From an uncultured delta proteobacterium (GTDB taxonomy: Bacteria > Myxococcota_A > Polyangia > Fen-1088), in NCBI GenBank assembly GCA_963767925.1, contig CAVYGB010000002.1, positions 480,001 to 544,000 on the forward strand: a stretch of 64,000 nt of DNA. The letters run 5' to 3'. Numbering within the stretch: position 1 is the stretch's first letter; each line of letters begins with the position of its first letter. Below are positions 34,164-42,972 of this stretch, one piece after another. The translations under genes were made by a program, and so were the position numbers. The notes below the pieces were generated by a model. That model searched no databases. It saw nothing but the letters and a program-made list of their open reading frames with translations, and was not told the origin of the DNA.

Positions 34164-35754
34164 GACCGCCCCTGCCCTCCCCGCTCTCCGGACCCGCCTT
34201 CACCGTCACGCCTGCGTCGGCGCCCGCCCTCGCCACCGCACCCGCGCCTGCGTCCGCACCGGCGCCTGAGCTGGCACCCGCCTTCACCCCCGCACCCGCG
34301 CCTGCGTCCGCACCCGCCTTCACCCTCGCACCTGCGTCCGCACCCTCACCGGCCTCCGCACCCGCCCCCGTCCCCGCCCCGTCCTGCCAGCGCTCGCGGA
34401 ACGACTTGCCCGGACTGGGCGGCAGCGCCCGATCCTTCAGCCAGGGCCACAGCGGACTCACCGGAAAGCGCCGGGTGATGAGCGGCCACAGCCTTCGCAC
34501 CACCCGCCCGAGCAGGCCGTAGACCGCCGGGCGGGCGAAGACCCAGGCCCCGACCCGCATCGCGAAGCGCTTGCTCCAGGGGACCAGCTTGCGCTCGGCC
34601 AGGCGGCGGCGCCACGACAGGAGCTGATCGTGCAGATCGATCTTCACCGGGCAGACGTTGGTGCAGCTCCCGCACAGCGTGCTGGCGAAGGGGAGCTCGC
34701 GCGACAGGGCATCGCCGGCCAGCGAGGGGCCGAGCACCGAGCCGATCGGGCCGGGCACCGTGAGGCCGTAGGCGTGGCCGCTGGCCCGGCGATACACCGG
34801 GCAGGTGTTGAGGCAGGCGCCGCAGCGGATGCAGGAGAGCGCGCGGCGGTGCTCGAGGTCGGCGTTGAGGGCGCTGCGGCCGGCGTCGACGATGACCAGG
34901 TGGGCCTCGTGCCCCGGGCGCAGGGGATCGGGGCCCGTGAGGTGGGTGGTGTAGGCGGTGATGGGCTGGCCGGTGGCGCTGCGGCCGAGCAGGCGCAGGA
35001 AGACCGCCGCGTCGGCCAGCCGGGGGATCAGCTTCTCGACGCCCATGCAGGCGATGTGGGTGGGCGGCAACGCGGTCCCCAGGTCGGCGTTGCCCTCGTT
35101 GGTGCAGATGATGATCGAGCCGGTCTCGGCCACCGCGAAGTTGACCCCGGTGATGCCCGCCTCGGCGGCCAGGAAGCGGGCCCGCAGGTCGCGGCGGGCG
35201 GCATGCGCCAGGCGGGTGGGATCGTCCTCGCCGGCCGGCGTGCCGAGGGTCTTGTGGAAGAGATCGCCGATCTCGCGCCGGCGCAGGTGCACCGCCGGGA
35301 CCACGATGTGGCTCGGCGGCTCGTGCCGGAGCTGCACGATGCGCTCGCCGAGATCGGTGTCGGCCAGCTCGAAGCCCCGCTCCTCGAGGTAGGGGTTCAG
35401 CCCGCACTCCTCGGTGAGCATCGACTTGCTCTTGACCACCCGCCGGACGCCCTTGCGCTCGAGGATGCCGTGGACGGTCTGCCGCAGCTCCGCGCCGTCG
35501 GCCGCGCAGTGCACCTGCCAGCCTGCCGCCCGGGCCTTGCCGATGAACGCCGCCAGCAGGTCGGGCAGGTGGTCGAGGACGTGGGCCTTGATGGCGGCGG
35601 CGTGGGTGCGCAGGGCCTCCCAGTCGGGGACGTCGTCGGCGGCGACGTCGCGCTTGCGGCGCAGGTGCCAGATGGCCTGGTCGTGCCAGGTCACCCGCTC
35701 CTGATCCTTCAGGTAGCGCTCGGCGTCGCGGTGAAAGCGGGGCGGGCCGTTCAC
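34156..35754 (-). CDS. lutB: Lactate utilisation protein B (Fe-S) with low-complexity C-terminal tail
   Basis: VKSKSMLTEE, TDLGERIVQL, TNEGN, CIRCGACLNTCPVY and STLCGSC..VCPVKI. Confidence 0.93.
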   Translation of the reverse strand: MNGPPRFHRDAERYLKDQERVTWHDQAIWHLRRKRDVAADDVPDWEALRTHAAAIKAHVLDHLPDLLAAFIGKARAAGWQVHCAADGAELRQTVHGILERKGVRRVVKSKSMLTEECGLNPYLEERGFELADTDLGERIVQLRHEPPSHIVVPAVHLRRREIGDLFHKTLGTPAGEDDPTRLAHAARRDLRARFLAAEAGITGVNFAVAETGSIIICTNEGNADLGTALPPTHIACMGVEKLIPRLADAAVFLRLLGRSATGQPITAYTTHLTGPDPLRPGHEAHLVIVDAGRSALNADLEHRRALSCIRCGACLNTCPVYRRASGHAYGLTVPGPIGSVLGPSLAGDALSRELPFASTLCGSCTNVCPVKIDLHDQLLSWRRRLAERKLVPWSKRFAMRVGAWVFARPAVYGLLGRVVRRLWPLITRRFPVSPLWPWLKDRALPPSPGKSFRERWQDGAGTGAGAEAGEGADAGARVKAGADAGAGAGVKAGASSGAGADAGAGAVARAGADAGVTVKAGPESGEGRGGHG

Positions 35755-36488
35755 GAGGAGGCCAGGATCTCGGCCAGGTGCACCGCCCGGGGGCCGCCGT
35801 GGCGCTGGCTCACCCCGTCGAGGTGCATGAGGCAGCTCATGTCGGTGGCGGTCACGAAGGTCGCCCCCGCCGCCGCGAAGTCGGCGCAGCGGTCGCGGCC
35901 CATGCGCACCGAGAGGCCGGCCTCGGCCACCGCGAAGGTGCCCCCGAACCCGCAGCACTCGTCGGGCCGGGTGGGCGCCACCAGCTCGAGCCCCGCCACC
36001 TTGCGCAGCAGCAGCTCGGCCGGCGAGGCGACGTGGCCGTCGCGGCGCTCGCTCATGCTGCCGAGGCCCAGCTCGCGCAGGCCGTGGCAGCTCGCGTGCA
36101 GGCCCACCTTGTGGGGAAAACGGGCCCCGAAGTCGGTGAAGCCGAGGCGCTTGACCAGGAACTCGCTCAGCTCGAACGTCTCGGCCATCGTCCGCTCGTC
36201 GGCCTCGTCGAGCCGCAGGCCGAGGTCGTGGTAGTGATGCCTCACCTGGCTCACGCAGGAGGCGGACGGGCTGACGCTGGTGGTGCCCCGGAAGATGTCG
36301 AGGTGGCGGCGGGCCAGGGTGGCGGCCTCCCCGGCGCAGCCGGAGTTCGACATGGGCTGGCCGCAGCAGGTCTGGCGCGCGTCGAAGCGGACCTCGCAGC
36401 CGGCCTGCCGCAGCACCGCCACGGTGGCCTCCGCTACCTGGGGGTAGAGCTGGTCGACGTAACAGGGGACGAAGATCTGGACGATCAC
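35751..36488 (-). CDS. lutA: Lactate utilisation protein A (CCG domains)
   Basis: PCYVDQLYP, QTCCGQP, HASCH, ECCGFGGTF and DMSCLMHL; GTGA overlaps with both neighbours. Confidence 0.93.
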   Translation of the reverse strand: MIVQIFVPCYVDQLYPQVAEATVAVLRQAGCEVRFDARQTCCGQPMSNSGCAGEAATLARRHLDIFRGTTSVSPSASCVSQVRHHYHDLGLRLDEADERTMAETFELSEFLVKRLGFTDFGARFPHKVGLHASCHGLRELGLGSMSERRDGHVASPAELLLRKVAGLELVAPTRPDECCGFGGTFAVAEAGLSVRMGRDRCADFAAAGATFVTATDMSCLMHLDGVSQRHGGPRAVHLAEILASS

Positions 36489-37627
36489 CGCTCGAGGTCC
36501 AGGACGAACTTGTTGTTGGGCCCGGTCTTCTCCCGGTCGAGGAAGGGTGAATAGGTGCGCACGTCGACCAGGTGGTCGTCGGACTGGAAGCGCATGATCC
36601 GCAGGTAGCCGTCGCCCCCCTTGGTGGGCTGGCCGGTCTCGGGGTCGATGCAGATCTGGGGCTGGGCCGGGTCGTACACGCCGCAGGTCTGGTAGTTGGC
36701 CAGGATCTCGTGGACGTGGCTGCCCGAGGGGCGGACGCTGCGCCGGCGGCTGGCGGCGTTGCCGGTCATGTGGCCGGAGAGCACGAACTGCAGGTTGTCG
36801 TGGCGGGAGACCAGCTCCTGCCACATCTCCTCGCCGTCGTTGACCGGCTCGGGCAGGCCGTAGCCGTGGGGGCCGAAACACTGCCGGCCGGAGCAGCCCC
36901 CGGGCAGGTTGCGGTCGTAGCGCTGCTCGTCGATGTACATGTACGCGTGGGTGACCAGGATGGCGGGGGTCGCGGCGAAGCGGGTGAGGACGTCGCTGGC
37001 CCAGGCCAGGACGGCGTCGCGCGGGCCGAACTCCAGGCTCAGGACGAGAAAATCGCGGCCGCCCGCCCGCAAGAGCTGGTGGCTGTTCTGGATCTGGTCG
37101 GGCTCGAAGGTCCCGCCCCAGCCGGGCCGATCGGAGAAGCGCGACACCGGGAAGAACGCGTTCATCAGGGGGGCGGCGAAGGTGAGGCCGGTGCCGGGCA
37201 CGGTCAGCAGGTCGTGGTTGCCGGCCGACAGGACGTAGGGGACCTGGCCGTCGAGCAGGCGGAAGGCGTCGGAGGCGCGTTGCCACTGCCCGCGGTCCTC
37301 GGCGTAGTCGACGATGTCCCCCTCGTGCAGGACGAAGGCGATGCCCAGCTCCTGCGCCTTGTCCCGGATCCAGCGGGTCTGGGCCTGGAAGATCTCGGGG
37401 TGGTCGAGGGCGTAAAACTGCGTGTCGGGCAGGACCACCAGGGTAAAGCTCGGGGGCGCGTCGCCCCCGGACGCGTCGCCCGCCGGCCCGGCGTCAGCGG
37501 GCCGGGCGTCGGAGCCCGGCCCGGCATCGGCGGCGGGGCCCGCGTCCCCCGGCAACATCCCCTCGGCGTCGCACCCGGCCAGCAGGGCCATCGTGACGGC
37601 CAGCGGGGCCGTCGTCGCGCGCAGCAT
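36485..37627 (-). CDS. Calcineurin-like metallophosphoesterase lipoprotein
   Basis: Lipobox LAGC; PDTQ, GDIVD, GNHD, THAY and SGH. Confidence 0.9.
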   Translation of the reverse strand: MLRATTAPLAVTMALLAGCDAEGMLPGDAGPAADAGPGSDARPADAGPAGDASGGDAPPSFTLVVLPDTQFYALDHPEIFQAQTRWIRDKAQELGIAFVLHEGDIVDYAEDRGQWQRASDAFRLLDGQVPYVLSAGNHDLLTVPGTGLTFAAPLMNAFFPVSRFSDRPGWGGTFEPDQIQNSHQLLRAGGRDFLVLSLEFGPRDAVLAWASDVLTRFAATPAILVTHAYMYIDEQRYDRNLPGGCSGRQCFGPHGYGLPEPVNDGEEMWQELVSRHDNLQFVLSGHMTGNAASRRRSVRPSGSHVHEILANYQTCGVYDPAQPQICIDPETGQPTKGGDGYLRIMRFQSDDHLVDVRTYSPFLDREKTGPNNKFVLDLER

Positions 37628-37635
37628 GGACGGTC

Positions 37636-38328
37636 TCAGCCCCCGACCAGCTCGGACACGATGGGCACGCCCCAGATCGCGCCCAGCACCAGGGTGGCCG
37701 AGGCGGCCACCAGCCGGACGGTGGCCCCGACCTGGCCGCCCCGCACCGCGCGGGCCAGGGCCAGGCCGGCCGCGCCGGACAGCGCCGCCATCGCCAGGAT
37801 CGACCCGACCCCGAAGCAGAGGACGTAGATCAGCCGCTCGCCCAGCGAGGGGAGCTTGGCGGCGACAAGGGCGGCCAGGGCCCCGCTGCCGGCCAGCCCG
37901 TGCAGCAGGCCGATCAGCAAGGGGCGCCGGGCGAAGGCCCAGGGGCCGAGGTGGACATGGTGGGCGATGCCGGCGTGCCGGTGGGCCAGCCCGCCGTGGG
38001 CGTGCAGGAGCTCGGGACCACCGCGCATGTCGATCAGGGCCCGCACGATGCCGCGGGTGCCGAGGACGATCAACATGACCGCCACCCCGAGCTCGAAGGT
38101 GCTCTCGAGCCAGGCCGGCATGGCCGATCCGGCCGCCGCCAGCACGAGGGCGGCGGCGAGCAGGGCGATGGTGTGGCCGAATCCCCAGACGGCCCCCAGC
38201 AGGGCGGCCCGGCGGGGCGATCGGTTCTCGGTGGTCAGCAGCGCGACGGCCGCCACGTGATCCGGCTCGAACGCGTGGCGCGCGCCGAGCAGGGCCCCCA
38301 GGGCCAGAGCCACCAGCAGCGCCGTCAC
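37636..38328 (-). CDS. UreH/NiCoT-like nickel or cobalt transporter
   Basis: HAFEPDH, WGFGHT, His-rich loop and GLLHGLAGS. Confidence 0.88.
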   Translation of the reverse strand: MTALLVALALGALLGARHAFEPDHVAAVALLTTENRSPRRAALLGAVWGFGHTIALLAAALVLAAAGSAMPAWLESTFELGVAVMLIVLGTRGIVRALIDMRGGPELLHAHGGLAHRHAGIAHHVHLGPWAFARRPLLIGLLHGLAGSGALAALVAAKLPSLGERLIYVLCFGVGSILAMAALSGAAGLALARAVRGGQVGATVRLVAASATLVLGAIWGVPIVSELVGG

Positions 38329-38583
38329 GGTCTCTCCCTCGTCGGAACGGAGGCATCTGCCAGCATGTTCGTGCTCTCGTTGCGACCGAGGAGGGCTACC
38401 GGACCGCGCGGGTCGCGTTCGTGCTCCGGCTGACGCTCCGAGGCGGAAGACGCCGCGTCGAAACGCCGATGAGGTCTGACGGTCGCTTTTATCAGATCTC
38501 GGGCGAGGGGGCGTTTCAGAACCAAATCGCCCGGGGCCGGTGCTCCTTGACGGGAAGGGCCACGAGCGCCACGATCACGCGCC

Positions 38584-39243
38584 ATGCCCGGCGCCGAAAC
38601 GTTCGTTCAGGAGATGGAGACGAAGAATCTTGCCTCGTTCGAGCGCTTGCTGGCTGCCTGGGCCATCACCCTCGGCAAGGAAGACTTCGCGCCGGCCGAC
38701 CTGCTGCGCCTGGAGATGAAGACCACGGTGGAGGCGATCGAGGTGTCGGCCCTCTGGCTGGCCGAGACCGACTCGCTCGACATCAAGGTCGCGCTGGCTT
38801 CGGTGTGCGGCGACGGGGCCCGCACCATCGGCCTGCTGCGCGACCGCCTGGCCGCGCTGGGGGTGGATTTGCTGGGGTTCGACGTGCGCTTCGGGGGCTA
38901 CTCGAAGCTGTTCGCCTTCTTCCGGTCGCTGATGACCACCGAGGAGCGGGCCTCGGCCGGGCCGGTCACCCTGCGGGCCTTCAACATGCGCCGGCTGGAG
39001 ATGGCCGCCCAGCACTGCCTGGCCAAGGGGGACGCCGAGACAGCGACCCTGATGCGCGACACCCTCGTCCGCGACGAGGAGGGCCACCGCGACGTCGGCC
39101 GCCGCACCCTGATCGACACCGCTATCAACGAGGAGAGCCAGGCCCGCGCCCGCCGCGCCGCCTTCCGCACCATCGAGCTGCTGGGCGAGGTCCACGAGCC
39201 CGCCCTCCTGCGCAAGTTCCTCGCCCGCTCGCTCAAGCGGTAG
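38584..39243 (+). CDS. Ferritin-like four-helix protein
   Basis: Helical protein with DEEGH (ExxH) in the second half; first-half ligands degenerate. Confidence 0.65.
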   Translation: MPGAETFVQEMETKNLASFERLLAAWAITLGKEDFAPADLLRLEMKTTVEAIEVSALWLAETDSLDIKVALASVCGDGARTIGLLRDRLAALGVDLLGFDVRFGGYSKLFAFFRSLMTTEERASAGPVTLRAFNMRRLEMAAQHCLAKGDAETATLMRDTLVRDEEGHRDVGRRTLIDTAINEESQARARRAAFRTIELLGEVHEPALLRKFLARSLKR

Positions 39244-39312
39244 GTCGGGGACTAGCCCAGCGAGCGAACCCGGCTATCTCCGTCGATTGGCCGGGCCCCG
39301 CCGGGATGGCGG

Positions 39313-40074
39313 TCAGTCGTCGCCGACGACGTCGGTGACGACCACGGTGATGTTGTCGCGGCCGCCGCGCTGGTTGGCGAGGTTGATGAGCTGGGACGCC
39401 ACCTCGTGGCGGTCGCCCTCCATGCGGGCGGCCAGCTCTCCGTTCTCCAGGTAGCCGTGCAGGCCGTCCGAGCAGAGCAGGAAGCGGTCGCCCGGCACGA
39501 GGGGCAAGGTCGTTGTGTCCACCTCGACGTAGTCCTGGTGTCCCACCGCCCGGGTGATGATGTTCTTGCCGGGGGCGTTGGCCGCCTCCTCCGGGGTGAT
39601 GAGCCCCAGCTTCAGGCGGAAGTTGACCAGGGTGTGATCCTCGGTGAGCTGCACACACTCCTGTCCCCGCATGACGTACACCCGGCTGTCGCCCACCTGG
39701 GCGATGAACCCGGTCGAGCCCACACACAGCAGCGAGGACAACGTACAGGACATGCCCCGTTGCCGGGGATCCAGCTCGCCCATGCCAAACACCATGTAAC
39801 AGGCCGACTGGACCGCGCTCTCCATCAGGCGGCGCACCAACCCCTGGTTTTCCTGGGTCGGTTCGCTCACGAAGGTCTCCACCGTGCCCCGCCAACGCTT
39901 GACCCAGGAGTGCACGAGCTCGACCGACTCGGCGCTGGCTACCTCGCCCTTGGCGTTGCCACCCACCCCGTCGCACACGACGTACAGCCCCAAATCGTCG
40001 TCCACCAGGAACGCATCTTCGTTGTGAGGCCGCCGCCGTCCGACATCCGTGCTGCCCGCCGATCGGAAAATCAT
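39313..40074 (-). CDS. PP2C-family Ser/Thr phosphatase
   Basis: GRRRPHNED, VCDGVGG, VGDSRVY, ITRAVG, LCSDGL and GGRDNIT. Confidence 0.95.
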   Translation of the reverse strand: MIFRSAGSTDVGRRRPHNEDAFLVDDDLGLYVVCDGVGGNAKGEVASAESVELVHSWVKRWRGTVETFVSEPTQENQGLVRRLMESAVQSACYMVFGMGELDPRQRGMSCTLSSLLCVGSTGFIAQVGDSRVYVMRGQECVQLTEDHTLVNFRLKLGLITPEEAANAPGKNIITRAVGHQDYVEVDTTTLPLVPGDRFLLCSDGLHGYLENGELAARMEGDRHEVASQLINLANQRGGRDNITVVVTDVVGDD

Positions 40075-40219
40075 CTCCTCCCCTCCTCCTCGGCACCCCA
40101 ACGGCGGTACTGAAAAAATTCCGCCGGCTCGCTCAACACCGCGTGAATCCGGCTGAAATCAGCGATGAGGCCACCTCGGTATTTTAGCATGTTGTTTCGG
40201 CGTGTTATAGTCGAAGACG

Positions 40220-42439
40220 ATGCCGGCAGAGGGAAAGGACACGTTTCCCTCCCCGTTCGGGCGGTACACGCTCACCGAGCGACTGGCTACCGGGGGAATG
40301 GCGGAGGTCTTCAAGGCGAAGATCCTGTCTACCCACGGCTTCGAGAAGCAGCTCGTGATCAAGCGGATCTTGCCCCACCTGGCGGCGGACAAGACCTTCG
40401 TGGCCATGTTCATCGACGAGGCCAAGCTGACCGCCCAGCTCCTGCACCCGAAGATCGTGCAGGTCATCGACTTCGGCGAGGTCAACAGCCAGTACTTCAT
40501 CGCCCTCGAATTCATCGACGGGTTCGACGCCCTGGCTTTGCTGCGCTCGGCGGCCATCAAGCAGACCCGCCTGCCGGTCCCCATCAGCATGTTCATCGCG
40601 ATGGAGATCCTCGACGCCCTCGACTACGCCCACAACGCCATGGACAACGAGAACCGGCCCATGAAGCTGGTTCACCGGGACATCTCCCCCTCGAACGTCT
40701 TCATCGCCCGGCGGGGCGACGTCAAGCTGGGCGACTTCGGCATCGCCCACGCCGCCAAGCGCGAATCGAAGACCATGGCCGGCACCCTCAAGGGTAAATA
40801 CGGTTACATGTCCCCCGAACAGGTGGTTGGGGCCAAGCTCGACGCCCGCAGCGACCTGTTTGCGGTGGGGATCGTATTCGCCGAGATGTTGATGGGGCGT
40901 CGTTTGTTCACCGCCCCCAATGACCTCGACGTCTTGTTGATGGTGCGCGACGGCCGGCTGGAACGGCTCACCAAATACGCCGGCGACCTGCCGCCGGCGC
41001 TCGATCGCATCGTCAAGCAGGGCCTGGCCCGGCGGGTGGGCGATCGCTTCCAGAGCGCGGCCGAGTTTCGCGACGCCCTCTCCGATCTGCTGTTCAAGGT
41101 GCGCATGCGGGTCTCCGCCTCGGACGTGGGGCGCATCGCGGTCGACTTCCTCGACCAGAGCCCGGAGGCGGCCGGCCGCGCGCGCGAGCACGTCCGCCTG
41201 TGGGAGCTGCCGGCGGTGCAGGTGACCGGCGGAAACGCGGTCCGACCGGCTGCCGCCCCGGCCCCGGCGCCCGCCGCCGCCCCGGTCTCCGGACTGAGCA
41301 CGCCCGGGTCGATGGGCTCTTCCGGGTCCCTGCCCTCCGGGGCGTCCTCGGCCCTGTCGACGCCCTCCCCCGCCCGGGGCGCGCACGCCTCCGGGACGGC
41401 CCCGGCCAACGCCAGCGGGGTCGGCGCGTCCCCCGGCACCGGCAGCTCGGGCGGCGGCGGCGAGGCCATCGACGCGCAGGGCGAGGAGGGCGCCTCCCGC
41501 AAGGGCACCAAGAAGAAGCAGCACGAGCGCTACAAGATCGACGCCCAGACCGCGGCTGCCCTCGACAACCTGCTGAGCCAGCCGCTGTCGGTGGTGGACC
41601 TCGACATGTACGAGGCGCCGCTCACGCCTGCGCCGGGGAGCGCCCTGTCGCTCGGGCCGGGGTCGCGGGCGGGGCCGATGCCGACCGGGGTCAACGCGGG
41701 GACGCCGCGGCCGGCCGCGCCGCTGGTACCGGAGCTGACGGCCGAGCTGACGGCGGTGACGCCGATGCGGATCTTCTCCGACCTGGCGGTCACCGCCGAG
41801 ACGGGGTTGCTACGCTTCGAGAGCCCCGCGCTGAACAGCGAGGTGTATCTGGTGCGGGGGGCGCCCGAGTCCCTGGGTTCGCAGCTCACCGGCCAGCGCT
41901 TCGGCGAATACCTGGTCGGCCGGGGGGTGCTCCGGCCGCAGGAGCTGAAGGTGGCGGTGGCGCAGCTCCCGAACTTCGGGGGCAAGATCGTCGACGCCAT
42001 CATCGGGCTCGGCATCATGAAGCCGGTCGATGTGTTCCGGCTGCTGTCCGAGGAGGTGCGGCAGCGGGTGCTGGAGACCTTCGGGTTTCTGCAGGGGCGA
42101 GCGCACTTTTACCGGGGCCAGCGCAATCCGCACGAGTCGTTTCCGCTGGGGCTCGATCCGTTCGAGATCCTGGGGGCGGGGGTGCTGAGCTTGCCGTTCG
42201 AGCAGCTTCAGCGGCGGTTCGTTGTGTTGCGGGACTTGCGGCCACGGGCGTTCGATCCGCCGCGGCTGAGCCCGGAGGCGTTTCGGCTGGGGCCGACGCC
42301 GCGGGAGCTGTGGAGCATGCTCGATGGGACGCGGACGGTGCGGGAGTGGCTGCGGCACTTCCAGAACGCGGACGAGCAGCTCACGTTTTTGCGGACGCTG
42401 TATTTGTTGCTCGAGACTGGGCTCGCGGGGCTGGGGTAG
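40220..42439 (+). CDS. Eukaryotic-like Ser/Thr protein kinase with C-terminal DUF4388-like region
   Basis: GGMAEV, VIKRI, HRDISPSN, DFGIA and YMSPEQ; no TM segment. Confidence 0.95.
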   Translation: MPAEGKDTFPSPFGRYTLTERLATGGMAEVFKAKILSTHGFEKQLVIKRILPHLAADKTFVAMFIDEAKLTAQLLHPKIVQVIDFGEVNSQYFIALEFIDGFDALALLRSAAIKQTRLPVPISMFIAMEILDALDYAHNAMDNENRPMKLVHRDISPSNVFIARRGDVKLGDFGIAHAAKRESKTMAGTLKGKYGYMSPEQVVGAKLDARSDLFAVGIVFAEMLMGRRLFTAPNDLDVLLMVRDGRLERLTKYAGDLPPALDRIVKQGLARRVGDRFQSAAEFRDALSDLLFKVRMRVSASDVGRIAVDFLDQSPEAAGRAREHVRLWELPAVQVTGGNAVRPAAAPAPAPAAAPVSGLSTPGSMGSSGSLPSGASSALSTPSPARGAHASGTAPANASGVGASPGTGSSGGGGEAIDAQGEEGASRKGTKKKQHERYKIDAQTAAALDNLLSQPLSVVDLDMYEAPLTPAPGSALSLGPGSRAGPMPTGVNAGTPRPAAPLVPELTAELTAVTPMRIFSDLAVTAETGLLRFESPALNSEVYLVRGAPESLGSQLTGQRFGEYLVGRGVLRPQELKVAVAQLPNFGGKIVDAIIGLGIMKPVDVFRLLSEEVRQRVLETFGFLQGRAHFYRGQRNPHESFPLGLDPFEILGAGVLSLPFEQLQRRFVVLRDLRPRAFDPPRLSPEAFRLGPTPRELWSMLDGTRTVREWLRHFQNADEQLTFLRTLYLLLETGLAGLG

Positions 42440-42462
42440 GCGCGGCCGCCGACTAGGTTGGC

Positions 42463-42545
42463 GTCCGGGCGAAACCGGCGGGGCTGGGGTCCGGGCGAAA
42501 CTGGCGGGGCCGGGGTCCGGGCAAAACCGGCGGGGCCGGGGTCCG
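42463..42545. repeat. ~26-bp tandem repeat, about 3 copies
   Basis: GTCCGGGC(G/A)AAAC(C/T)GGCGGGGC(T/C)GGG repeated. Confidence 0.75.
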
Positions 42546-42704
42546 CTGCGCTTCGGGGAGGGGAAGATCTGCCTGAGGGCTCGCCGGGGCTTACAGCGCT
42601 TCGCGCTTGCCCCTCTGTCGCCGTTGGCGACTTCGCGCAGACGCGAAGTGCACGTCTCCACTCGCCCTCGGCCAGATCTCCCCCTCCCCTCCGCTTCGCT
42701 ACGT

Positions 42705-42887
42705 CCGGCTCGAGTGAGCGGATGTGGACGGCGCGATCCCTCCCCGGCTCGAGGGAGCGGGTGGGGACGGCGCCAATCTCTCCCCGGCTCGAGGGAGCGG
42801 GTGGGGACGGCGCCGATCTCTCCCCGGCTCGAGGGAGCGGGTGGGGACGGCGCCAATCTCTCCCCGGCTCGAGGGAGCGGGTGGGGA
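42705..42887. repeat. 40-bp tandem repeat (VNTR), about 4.5 copies
   Basis: TCCCCGGCTCGAGGGAGCGGGTGGGGACGGCGCC(A/G)ATCTC at 42741, 42781 and 42821; partial copy at 42861, degenerate copy at ~42705. Confidence 0.9.
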
Positions 42888-42972
42888 GGCGCGGAGGCAT
42901 CACCTCTCCCCGGGGCTGCGGGGGGAGAGGTTGGTGGGGGTGCGCGACGGGGCCGAGTCGAGGCGGGGGGGG

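Noticed and set aside
38400..38520. Hammerhead ribozyme or metal riboswitch upstream of the nickel transporter
   Set aside because: GAAAC and GATGAG are present, but the CUGANGA core and the required stems could not be built
39210..39243. C-terminal LARSLKR as an encapsulin targeting peptide
   Set aside because: Only weak resemblance to LTVGSL-type motifs, and no encapsulin gene is nearby
42705..42887. 40-bp repeats as a CRISPR array
   Set aside because: Units are head-to-tail with no unique spacers, and no cas genes are present
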